DNA from: Phoronis australis
Taxonomy: Eukaryota > Animalia > Phoronida
Assembly (NCBI GenBank): GCA_002633005.1
Contig: NMRA01000014.1
Coordinates: 734,955 to 798,954 of the forward strand
Direction: 5' to 3'
Length of the DNA: 64,000 nt
Shown: piece after piece, positions 13,101 to 25,100 of the stretch
How positions within the stretch are numbered: the first letter of the stretch is position 1
Layout: every line of letters starts with the position of its first letter
Position numbers and translations under genes: made by a program
The notes under the pieces: generated by a model
The model's input: only the letters and a program-made list of their open reading frames with translations
What the model was told of the DNA's origin: nothing
Databases searched by the model: none

Positions 13101-16100
13101 GAAATAATTTATATGAATGATCTCAGAAAGTAGCAGGTGTACATTCTCAGAGATTTTACGCTTATGCTCAAGTGAGATTTAATTATTGTGAAGTGGTAGC
13201 GTATGACCAAATTTTTATCCATGCCTTAAGTCACTTTCATGAAAAGACCCTGGGTTGGGTTGTATAAAACTTCAAAAATTATCCGCTGGATAAGCCTTAT
13301 CAGAATTTACCTTTTAACACGAGGAACCGTCTTGGCTACATGTGGCCGATGAACAATGCTTCCTAGAAAGTGTGAAATAGTGTGTCAGGAATTATCTGAG
13401 GAGAATATTTGCTCCCAGGATATTGATCCACCATTAAGTAATTACGTTAGCTGGAAACAGATGTATGACCCACTTATGACGAATTGTCTTGATACCGTTG
13501 TAGGAAAGATCAGAGTTCAATTGTGGTGGTTTGGCCGATGGGAATCTATGACTATTGACGACTTTTTACCTGTCTTTAAGCATACACGAGATCTGGCCTA
13601 CTGCCCAGCTCTCGGCATCAACAGCAATGAGTTTTGGGGACCATTTCTGGAAAAGGCCTTGGCTAAGTAATGCTTACATTTTATTTCGCAATTTTGTTAG
13701 CTTATGCTAAAGACGAAACGTTAGCAATTCGGGGATTTGGTCTACGGCGCTTTTCGAAGTAGTTGTGAGCCGACTGTTGGTTTGTAAATCTCTCATTGTT
13801 GACATCAATTAAAACTTAACTGGGAGACATGTTTAATATGAGTAGCGCAGATGCAAAAATTTAGGAAGTAGATGAAGTTTTAACTTTAAAATGTGATCAC
13901 GAACTTCGGTTATTACGCATGAGCATATCTCGTGGAGTCACGCAAAATATTGCGCTTGCGAGCTTCTTCAGTCTGCGGAACTCATACCTGGCGTTCTGGG
14001 TGGTAAAGTAGATGCAAATACTTCTCGTCAAAATACACTGACCGGAAACTGTACCAGAAAGGTCAGGAGAGTGGCGGCGCCTCTTGGCTAGCACGTAAGA
14101 AAATGCCGGAGTTGCGAAAATGCTGTTGTCTATAATCTATGGTTAAATTTAACTTTAGCGTGATCGGATAGCGCGTGCTTCCAGAATTTTTCCCGCGCAA
14201 TCACTACTTGCAAGAATTCGCCATTATACTTGAAAACGAAGTGTTGTACCCAAACTACAGTGGCTCTGTATTTTTGGAACATGCGCACTTTCACGTTTGT
14301 GTTTTTAAAACTTGCTAAAACGAGGCATTGTGTCTTAAACAGCTATACATAACATTGACTTTTGCAGCCCCACCAAAGTGCGCCTGTAGTGAATGTTTAC
14401 TCGATTTATTTATAGTGACTTTTTCATTCTTGATGCTGTTTAGTCATACTCTAATCAAAAGGCCTGTTGCAGTGGACCCGCGTTTTAAATTATGGTGAGC
14501 TCAAGTTACATGCGTTGTTTTCCGAAATACTTTGTACTTTAGTCATCAAGTTTCCAGTTACGTCTCCGGATCTTTACAAGCCAAAAACTGTCCCAGAATG
14601 CATTTGAGAAGCGACAGCAGCACAGTAGAAGAAATCCCTCGAATTGAAGCGTTATGTGTTACCTTTTAAGGATGATTACGACCCTTTACCTGTGAAAATT
14701 TAACTTATGACTCATGCAACTCACTTCATCTTTACTCATATTCATGTGGCTTGTGGGCTTGGGGAGGACACAGTTCGCAATTGCAGGGAGTCCCATACAC
14801 GGCGCAGAAAATCGCCGGGTCAATCCAATTTACTTACCCTGATCGCGAGCATTAACGAACTGTCGGTTCTTTCCAAACACACCAGTAACTTGTAAGCTGA
14901 GTAAGGAACCAACTGGTACCGGAATTTTCCGTACATAAGCCCATCCGATGAAAAGCCCATGGGCGTTTATTCAGAAAACTATGCCGAATAAACTCCATGG
15001 GCGTTTTAAAATATTTTGTGTTACAACTTTGGTGTCAAGTATCCAGAGGTGTTTATTCGGAAAATTTCTTCTTAAAAGTTCACTCAGCGTTTTGTGGAGT
15101 ATTTATCAATTACAAAAACGAACAATGTGTTGGCGAACTATGTATTAACTAACGATCGATGAACTGACAGCCCGAATGTTCATGAGTGTCCTTTAGACCC
15201 AGTAAAGACCTCGCAAAGCCATGCAAGTGAGAAGCGAGTGTTTCGGGAGTTTGACCGAGCCTAACAAACTGTAATCTCGTACTGTACAAGACCTTGTCTG
15301 CATGTATTATAGGTGGTCTCACGCATATGAAGTGATTGAAACTGGTGACCCCTTAAAGGCATTAACGATGTTTACTGGAGCCATATGTGAGCATTTTTCG
15401 TTGGACAAAGCAAATGACGAAACGTTTCACATTTTATACAAGTCCTATTTGAACCAGTCTTTCCTGGTGGCTTATCGGAAGGACAGGTCAATACAAGACA
15501 GACGACACAGCCGGATAACCGTGGTAAAGTTGGGCTTCTTTCGCTAAACATGTACATGTAACTAGGGTAAAATAGGGCAGAGCCACTACATTCACAGATA
15601 TATAACCACTGTATGCCGCTGAAACACTGCAACAATTTGTCACATTTCGGGCCGTTGTGACAGACCGAAATTGTGACAATTTGGGCCAGCACCACAGACA
15701 CATATTGTTACAATTTTGAAGTTGTGACAATTAGGGCCTGCACAGATCTCAATGCGTTTATATTCAGCTCTGATGAGTGCAGACTCCGTAGCCTATCTAT
15801 CATCTTCCGTACACAGCTAAAATTGGCGTTTATTCAATTTAACATTTTCTAATAAAGGAAAGGCAGTAAGAATGAACAAAAACACAAAGTAGTTTAAAGA
15901 CAGCCTCAAGCGGCTAAAACAGATTTCTGACACCAAAAATGCAAATGTTGTTCATAAAAAATATTGTTTTTGCTTCTTAAATACCACGGAAAGTAAGTAT
16001 TTTCCACGCAAATTACGCCGCTTATAATTCGTAGCCTCTTCGAGCGCCCCAGAAAAAATCTCAACAAAACAGCGTAAAGTTCTCATATGACATCATTACA

Positions 16101-19100
16101 TCGTGGCCACGAAATTACTCGGAAGCCACACTGTGTAACAGCTGAGTGCCATTTTTGGACGTTCTGTAATTATCGATTTTTGGGCTGAAATGCCGCGTTG
16201 CGTGGTGTACGGGTGTAGCAATGTCAGCGGCAATGGCATACATTTGCACAACTTCCCCACCGATACCGTCGTGTGCAGTGCGTGGAATAGATTCGTATCC
16301 ACGAACAGGACTGGCGACAAAATTCCCGATCAGCAAGATCTGTTCTAGACTATTGTAGGTGCAAAGCTGTATACAAAATTTACAGTTTTGCGCCGATGTG
16401 GGTAAAAATGACTAAATGACTGACACAAAGAAAATGACGTTTATTAGAATGTTTTTCACTTAAACGGCTGGGAACGGGCAAAGTGAGTGTCGGAATTGTC
16501 TCCAGATTTTGCATGCACCACGTCGGTTGTTGGCTCTGCGATATAAGTTTCACAACGAGGTGACTAACAGAACTCATACCCGGCCTGTGTGAAATTTCGT
16601 GGTCTAACGGGGCTCAAATCACACTTAGCTGTACTTTGGTGATGGTCTTCAATCAGCTAGCTGGCTGGCTACAATTAAGATCTGCAGTGCGCACTTAGGC
16701 GTTTCGTATTACCAATGAGTGTAGTAGTATAGGAGAGTTCACTTGTGAGTTCGCTGTTACCACTACTACTAGCGCCGCCAAGTGGTGAACAAGCTACGGT
16801 CAACCAGGAAGCGCCAAAACAATGGGGACGGACGCATTTTGCAGTGCGATAAATTGCATGAATTCATCCACGAAAACCCCAGACGTGTCATTTTGTAGGT
16901 TTCCTAAGGATCCAGAAAGGTAAGGATTATCTGTTATTCAATAATATGATACATTGTCTTTCATTTTGTGTGTTCTGTTCACGGTTGTTAGACAAGTCGA
17001 TCGCAGTCCCGNNNNNNNNNNNNNNNNNNNNNNNNNNNNNNNNNNNNNNNNNNNNNNNNNNNNNNNNNNNNNNNNNNNNNNNNNNNNNNNNNNNNNNNNN
17101 NNNNNNNNNNNNNNNNNNNNNNNNNNNNNNNNNNNNNNNNNNNNNNNNNNNNNNNNNNNNNNNNNNNNNNNNNNNNNNNNNNNNNNNNNNNNNNNNNNNN
17201 NNNNNNNNNNNNNNNNNNNNNNNNNNNNNNNNNNNNNNNNNNNNNNNNNNNNNNNNNNNNNNNNNNNNNNNNNNNNNNNNNNNNNNNNNNNNNNNNNNNN
17301 NNNNNNNNNNNNNNNNNNNNNNNNNNNNNNNNNNNNNNNNNNNNNNNNNNNNNNNNNNNNNNNNNNNNNNNNNNNNNNNNNNNNNNNNNNNNNNNNNNNN
17401 NNNNNNNNNNNNNNNNNNNNNNNNNNNNNNNNNNNNNNNNNNNNNNNNNNNNNNNNNNNNNNNNNNNNNNNNNNNNNNNNNNNNNNNNNNNNNNNNNNNN
17501 NNNNNNNNNNNNNNNNNNNNNNNNNNNNNNNNNNNNNNNNNNNNNNNNNNNNNNNNNNNNNNNNNNNNNNNNNNNNNNNNNNNNNNNNNNNNNNNNNNNN
17601 NNNNNNNNNNNNNNNNNNNNNNNNNNNNNNNNNNNNNNNNNNNNNAATTACCCTCTGAACCCCCAGGAGCAAACATTCAAATTTTATTGTCCATGGAGGT
17701 ATGAACTGTTATAAGGAAAGATAATTTGCCTTGTTAAGAACTCAAACATGAAACAAAACCGTGATAGATTTTGAAGGGAGCTTCAAAAGAATAAAAACAA
17801 ATACACTTTAATATTGATTAAAATACACATTTTCATTCTCATTCGATTATAAGTGGATGTTAGTTTACGTATTCTAACCATTTGCAATCATACAGTAATT
17901 TTATTGCACGTTGAACGTCATTAAAGTATGAATTCATCAGTGTTTACATTGTTCGGACTGCGCTCCTAAGTAAGTATTGATTATTCACCGCTTGGGGCGC
18001 TAGTGTTTCGACCGGTAACCATTGCGGCGAATGGTAAAATGGCGGAGTGAACTCTCCTATACTCGTACACTCCTTGGTATTACTCTCCCGGCCCGGCGTA
18101 TACTAGGGAATCCGGCCCAAATCGGAATATTCTGATTTGGGTCGTTCCCGTAGGCCTAACGGAATTCTGATACTGGCAGCCCATATCGGAATATATTTTT
18201 GATTGAATTTAAAACATTAAATTGATTACAATTCCTTATAATTCGGTATGTTTTCATGCAATCCAGACTTATTTCATAGTTTTAATTTATTACAGATACT
18301 CACACCGTTGTGTTGCTATTAAATTTTCAAAATTTTGAGGTTGACCGAGTCAAAATGGCGGCGACTAGGGGTTGCAGGATTTCAAGGCGAATTATTTTGA
18401 TATTGAAGTTTCTAATATAAAACTTTCAATGAATTTGAATATAATTGCTTTGTACAAAAAGATCACGCTAATATGTGTTGCAACGTTTCCATGTATTTTG
18501 CACCAAATTAAACGGCTTGTTGTCGCCGATTACAATACGGGACACGCTCTCGACAGCGGCCCGTATCGGATTCGCGCAGCTTCAAGAAGATATGAATGCA
18601 CAGTTCCTAACATCAAAGTTTTTGTATCAAGCAAATTACACTTTAAAATAAACATTGTGAAATTGCTGATAACAATTCGGACGAAGCGTTTTGTTTTTCC
18701 GATTGTTTCGGCGACTCCAGTCATCTTCCCGTGGATTCCCATGCGGGCCCGTATTAGGATATGTGAATTGAATAAAAATTCTAAAGGTAATGATTTTGAT
18801 CAATTTTAATATTAATTGACATGAAATGAACAATTCGTGATTTCTTGATTTTCCACGTAATTTGCACTAAATTAAACGGCCAGTCATCGCTGATTCCAAT
18901 ACGATGGAGACACGGTGGAAGCCTAATTCGTTGTAACGATGATGTCATAGACTTCGATTGGTGCAAGCACCATCTCAAGTTTTTTTGGCGCTAAAATGTG
19001 TTTGTGATGGGGCTGCTGTATTGTAAAAGGCCTACTTAATTAACAACTTGGGTATGTTAAGACACCGCATGTTGATGTTTTTCATCAATACACGAATTTT

Positions 19101-22100
19101 AGATATAAAAATAGGAACTTTTGCACCACATTAGGCCTTAAAGACATGTCCTGGTCCAGTACATAGAGAAGGGATCACAGTCTGCCCTTATAAGTGAAGC
19201 GCAGGCGCATGCTGCTGTATGGAAGCACTTAGCATGTTTCTTCTTTGGTGAAACGCGTTGTTTCGAATAAAGGCGGATGGGCCTAATACGCGCATATTGG
19301 ACTCCGGCAAAGAAATTCTTGAGGAATTCACAACAATACACCTACTGAAAGTACATGAATGGTTGTTATCATGTGGACATCATTAAAATGGTCCAAGATT
19401 GTTTCAGAATAATCACCAAATATTTTCCAGTCCGTGTTACACCTCGAACTGCGATATTAGACAATTGAGTTCACATGGACAGTGAAGCCGCTTCAATACA
19501 AACTTTAAGATGCATCGCGTGTCAGGTGACGTTAGTACGATAGTGACGTCACTGTGCCAGCATGCGGTGCTCAACGTTACACGAAAAAGGTAGACCACGT
19601 CATTTTCACAGAAAAAAGCCAAGACGTTCAACTACGTGCTTGTAAACTATTAACTTTCAAAATATTTTCTCAAAAAATGAACAAATAGCTTCCATTCCAA
19701 ATGTTGGATAATTTTTTATTTACATTTTGGGATTGAAAATTTGAAAGGTGCATTGTAGAAAATGCTCACAACTGAGAAATTTTCTGACATTGAGCGGTTT
19801 TCTGTGGTTTAACGATCAAGGAGACACCGAATGTGTGGCGCCTCAGAAGCTAATACTTAGTTACAAAAAACAGAAGGATTCTGGCAATCGGCAAACGATT
19901 AGAGAACATCAGCGATATCTATTGCTGCTGCCTTATGTTCTCCCGTTTTGATATTCTCTTGTTCTTGTGTTCTCCGCGTCCTTAAATCCCCCTGTTCCTA
20001 TCTCCCCACTTCATTATGCTCTCCCGTCCTTATGCACCCCTGTCCATATGTCTTTCCCCCACCCCCCACTCTTCTTTATGTTCCCCCGTCTTTATTTCCT
20101 CTTTTCTTATTTCCCCCCGTCTCTATCTTCTCCTTGCCTTATGTTCCCCCATCCTTATGTCTCTTCGCCCGTATGCTNCCTTTCCCTATGTTCCCCCTAG
20201 TATATGTTCTCCCGACCTCATGTTCCCCCGTCCGTGTGTTCCCCCGCCCGTATGTTCTCTCGTCATTATGTTCTGCGTTCCTAATGTCCTCCCGTCTTTA
20301 TGTTCTCCCGTCCTTATTTAATCTCGTCCCTATGTTCTCCCGTCCGCCAGAGACCAGAAATATTCCCGGCATCTAGCCATGACCAGCGCTGCAGTTGTCA
20401 GGTTTGTTGACTAATTTTTCCGAGAAATAGCTGGAACCATGCCTCAGAAGTTTCGCTTGATGATTCCATTATGAACAAATATGACAAAATGAAAATGAAG
20501 CAATGAAGTTAGGCTTCATTCGTAACTACAACACTTGATAGAGCAGACAAACGGAAATTCACAGTGCCAACTCTCGCGCCCAGTCCCGTGAAATCTCGGA
20601 GCTACAAGCTCTAACAATACAATACATAGGTCTTTTGCAGCTAGGAGTTGCCATTCGATGTCCTCTCTACTGTCTCTGGTCTAGCTCTTTGTTCGTATCA
20701 ATTTCAGGACACCGAGCTGGACGACAGTGTGACTGGGGACACGCTATATGTGATCTCGTCCATGACTGTGGTAAGCACTGTTAGATAAGTAGTGTTAAAG
20801 CCGTTAGATGTCATGGTTTGGACCCATCAATTTCGTTGAACGACTCAACGAAGCGAATTACGTTGTAAGGAGTCACTGGGCCCGTTCCAAAAAAGCTAGG
20901 ACAAATTTTAAATTTCACTGAATTTTTAAGTACGTTTCAAGATAGAGATCCTACGTTTGACTTAAATTTTGTCTTAAATTTGACTAACTTACCGAATGTC
21001 GAAGTTTCAAAGTTTGGAAGTTGAGACAAATTTTAGACTTAGGTAAAAAATGAACTTAAATCAGTTTCTTGGAACGGGCCTCAGGTTTATAAGTCTGTGC
21101 TCATGATCTCTTTCCAGTACACGCTAACGTCGGCACGCGCCGCTTTACGGAAAACGACACCACTCACAGATTTAGGTAGTGTTGACAAGCATGAATTTTC
21201 TTTGAATCACAACAGAAACACGGAGAAATAAAATGATTTGATAATCACAGCACGTGTAGTTCTATCATTTTGTGAGATTGCGAATGTGAAATACTGCACA
21301 GGTTTCTTTCAAACATTATGTATAAAGCGTTTCAAAGGACGACCTTGACAATTATAGGGGAATCACAGGGTTGAAAGTCGTTAAATTTTTTTCTAAGTTT
21401 CTCTGCAACCGTTTCGCAACGATGTCAGAACCCCAGGCAGGCTTTAGAAAAACATATGGCACTGTAGATTATGTAATTGTTTGCCCCAATTAATGATTAT
21501 ATGTTTTGCTGTGTCTTCGAATATTTCAAGAAAGTTGTTGATTGTGTCTGGAGAGGCGGCTTAAAATATAAAAAGCTGCTGCGTCATAACAATGCACGAA
21601 AATGTATGTAATTAAGTGAAATATATAAAAGCGTTAAATCTCGTGCTTCCTGAACCACAGTGGAGAGATTGCTGATTACTTTGTATGTTTATTAGCTCGT
21701 CGGGTGTCAGTTGTATTATTCGAAGTTGTTGTTGTGTGTCTCTGTTTAAATGCAGTCTACTACACCTATCCATTCTTGCCTTCAACTATGTGTAGTTGTG
21801 TTTGCCTATCAAGGAATTGATCATGGCAGGTCGATGATGCGAAATTGTCCCGAAAACGGACATTGGTAGGATTTAAATCGAACAGTGTGTCAAGTTCACA
21901 TTAGTACTTCTTGAGAATTTTTCGTAAAAAATGACGTATAGACAAAAATATGACAAAGTTGATGCTGGTTGCGAGGTCTCAAATGCGTCACCATTTGTTA
22001 GCATTATCACAATCTTTGCGTCGTTCAACTCTTGCTCTGAGTTGCCTCAACTTACTATGGGCAATGAAAAAAGAGAAAGATGACGGCCGGGATATGTACA

Positions 22101-25100
22101 GTACACCCTCTGTGGGAATTTCCCACTGGCCACCCCGCCACTGAATTCACCTACGTATGTATTAATGTGTAGCAATGAGTATATAATATATGCATTCATG
22201 AATACAATCCGAAACTGAATCCTTGCTGTCATTTATATTTTATACAAGCTGCCACTCCATGGCAATGAAATGAGACTGGTGTGTGTCCGGTATCCGTTTG
22301 GCCTAATTCCAGAACACGACGATCAAGATTTCAAAAGGTAGGCAGTTGCTGAGTGAATACATTTAGTTGGATTTGAGTATGTATACATACACGAAACGTA
22401 CCGAGAGTGGCATAGGTGCAGTAATATCCCACGAGACATTGATCGTATCGAATTGGATATTACTTCATCTACGCCAATCGAGGTACGTTTTGTATTTATC
22501 CCATACACTTCGAATTCCTAAGTTTCTTTTAGTTTTCGGCAAATTTTTTAATACATCACTCAGACTGTTCACGTGGCGGATCACATCTTATATGTATTTA
22601 TCACATACGCGTTGAATCTGTCGAGGGAAATTCGGCCATGTAATAATGTTTTCCGTATTCACCTCCCGCACTACTTCAACAGTGACCTCCGAGACTGAAG
22701 GTTCAAAAGGTAGGTCAATGTCGACTCGACGTCGTTAGCCGCTTAGATCATCAAACTTTCGAAAAATTGTAGCAGTGTAAATACCACTCAACATGCAACC
22801 AGGTCTCAATCGTAACATCCGGAACAGGACTGTTAATTACACAATTCTGTCTCAGTTTTCAATTTCTATATAGTCGGGATACCTATCGTCATCAGGCTCC
22901 AATGGTCGTCCGCCATCTTCTTTCGCGTACAGCGCAGCCACGCGGGACTTAACGTTCCAATCTAGAGCGTTCGTGTGCACGTTAGGTACTAACCTCTCGG
23001 GAGAAACACGCATGGAAGAACTGACACGAAAATCGGTGCAATTACCGACTGTTTTTTTTGAGACCACTTAAAAACTTGTAGATTTTACTTTTTTGATCAT
23101 TTTCAGAAGATATTGTTTATGCAATGTATCTATTTGTCCCAGGCACCAACTGACACCTGGGCCCGGTCTCCAATCTCCGTACTCAGACTCGAATCATGCT
23201 CAAAATCACACTTCATACTCAACTCGAGTACAGACTCAGCTTTGGTGTATTCAATGTCACTCGAAAAATCTGTACTCGAAATTTCGAGCACATACTCAGT
23301 TTTCGAGTGTACTCGAACTGAATTGTATCTCATCTATATTTCGAGTACGATTTTGAGTAAAAATTCGGAGTCTATGCTCAAATTTCAAGTTTGGTATGGC
23401 AGTGTGCTTGAAATCGTACTCGAAAATAAATACGAGCCAGAGAACAAAATATCGAAAGGGAACCAAGAAACACAGCAAATCTAAAAACAATAAGTCCTCT
23501 TACCGTATCTCAGCACTTCAATTTCAGTTCAGAGATAATAGTTTTCATCTTAAATCTTCTTATTTTTCACCGTATTAACCCGCCGTATCACTGTTGTGGC
23601 CGCCATTCTACCTCTACAATTCCTGGCAACAGGCGCATTGTAATCCCTTGTCGGCTAGTCATAACAAGCGTCGAAAGCAGTTGTGGGAAAAGTCGTGTGA
23701 GAAGTGTGTGCTGCCCTTATTTCGGTTGTGTGCCTACGTTTTGCAGGGTTTCCAAAAGACGAGGAGGGGAGGGAAGTTAAAAAAAAGTTCGCTTCCCTGT
23801 CACGTACATTTCTCATCATAACTTAGTCATCTATAATTCCTCAATCCCCAAATGGAATTCCAGATTTTGTTTGCCGATTTCTAAGTAGACGTCTCGTCCC
23901 GTTCACTGCCACTGGTGAACTCTGAATGCCTGCACAAGTATTGTTTTTTAACTCACGTGCCAAATGTCAACTCACTTGATACATCCCGGTAAAATACAAA
24001 GATACAGTATCAAAGTTTAACATCAGCGTAGGCCTACACAGCAATGGGTTTTATGTCAAGACTAAATTAGCAACAGAGATGTGATGTGACAAGCTGTGAC
24101 ATATTTCTCAAGACATTTTCGGGACTGGGTGAGGAACTCAAGAAGTAAAGCTTAATAATTGCCAAATGTATCAAAGAAATGGCATAAGAATATTTATTGA
24201 AACTAAAAAATGAAGAACACTCAGAATTCCACGGTATAGACATACTCTTATAGTTGTAGCGACAGCAGACGATAACGTAGGCCTAGTTCTTGGGGTGGTC
24301 TATTCCAATAGGGAGCGATGAATCAGCGCGGCTTTGCATGATTTTGCATTTCACATCATAAAGAGTTCCATAGCAACTCGAGTATGAGTGTCAGATTTGA
24401 GTACGTTTGTAGTCTACTCGAAATACGACATTAGATACGCTTTTTTGAGTACGACTCCAGTGAGCACGATTTTGAGTATGAAATCTCGAGTATGAGTATG
24501 AGTCTGAGTACGGAGATTGGAGACCGGGCCCTGTTAGGCCGAAGGAAAAACGCAGCAGACAAATGCAACACGCTGGGTGCTTAACAGTTTCGGCTCATGC
24601 ATTCCTCATCAAAATATTGTCCACGTGTTTTTTTATTGCAAAACACAGTACTGAGCTCAACATTTATGTTGAAGTTTTTGGTTCAGGCATTTTGGATTTA
24701 TTTGAAGAAAATTGAAATACTTGAATTGATAGAGAGTGGTCACCAATAAAGTAAAACGTTGACTTTATTTCACTATATTGCATTGTTACATACAACACAG
24801 CATGACATAATTAAAAATAAAAGAAGAGATTGAGCAATAAAATGCAAATGCAACTTGGGTATTTATTTATTTATTTATGATTGCAGAAGTCTGTTGAAGG
24901 TGAGAAAAATCAAACAATATGATATTGGGTAATTTATTAGAACAACTTCATCAAGGCTCAATGATCAACTTCTGCCGACCAAGTCTCAAAGGGTTACAGT
25001 TCTGTTTTGGCTGACAAGATGTTAACAGAGAATGAAGAAAAACTGAAAAGAAATAGAATGACAGCATAGATAACTATAGATTATTACATGGCGAAGTCGT

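Noticed and set aside
16927-17704. Four 234-252 aa ORFs in the track
   Set aside because: Artefacts of translating the N gap.
18372-18978. 145-aa ORF and neighbours
   Set aside because: Lie in internally repeated MITE-like DNA with no recognisable domain.
19948-20376. Overlapping Pro/Ser/Leu-rich ORFs
   Set aside because: Produced by a pyrimidine-rich 17-bp tandem repeat lacking stops.
21118-21175. Candidate calpain cassette exon (YTLTSARAALRKTTPLTDL)
   Set aside because: 58 nt would shift the frame, it has no calpain similarity, and the flanking exons already join in phase.
23093-23490. Overlapping ORFs on both strands
   Set aside because: Result from the subterminal tactcga motif array of a Harbinger element.
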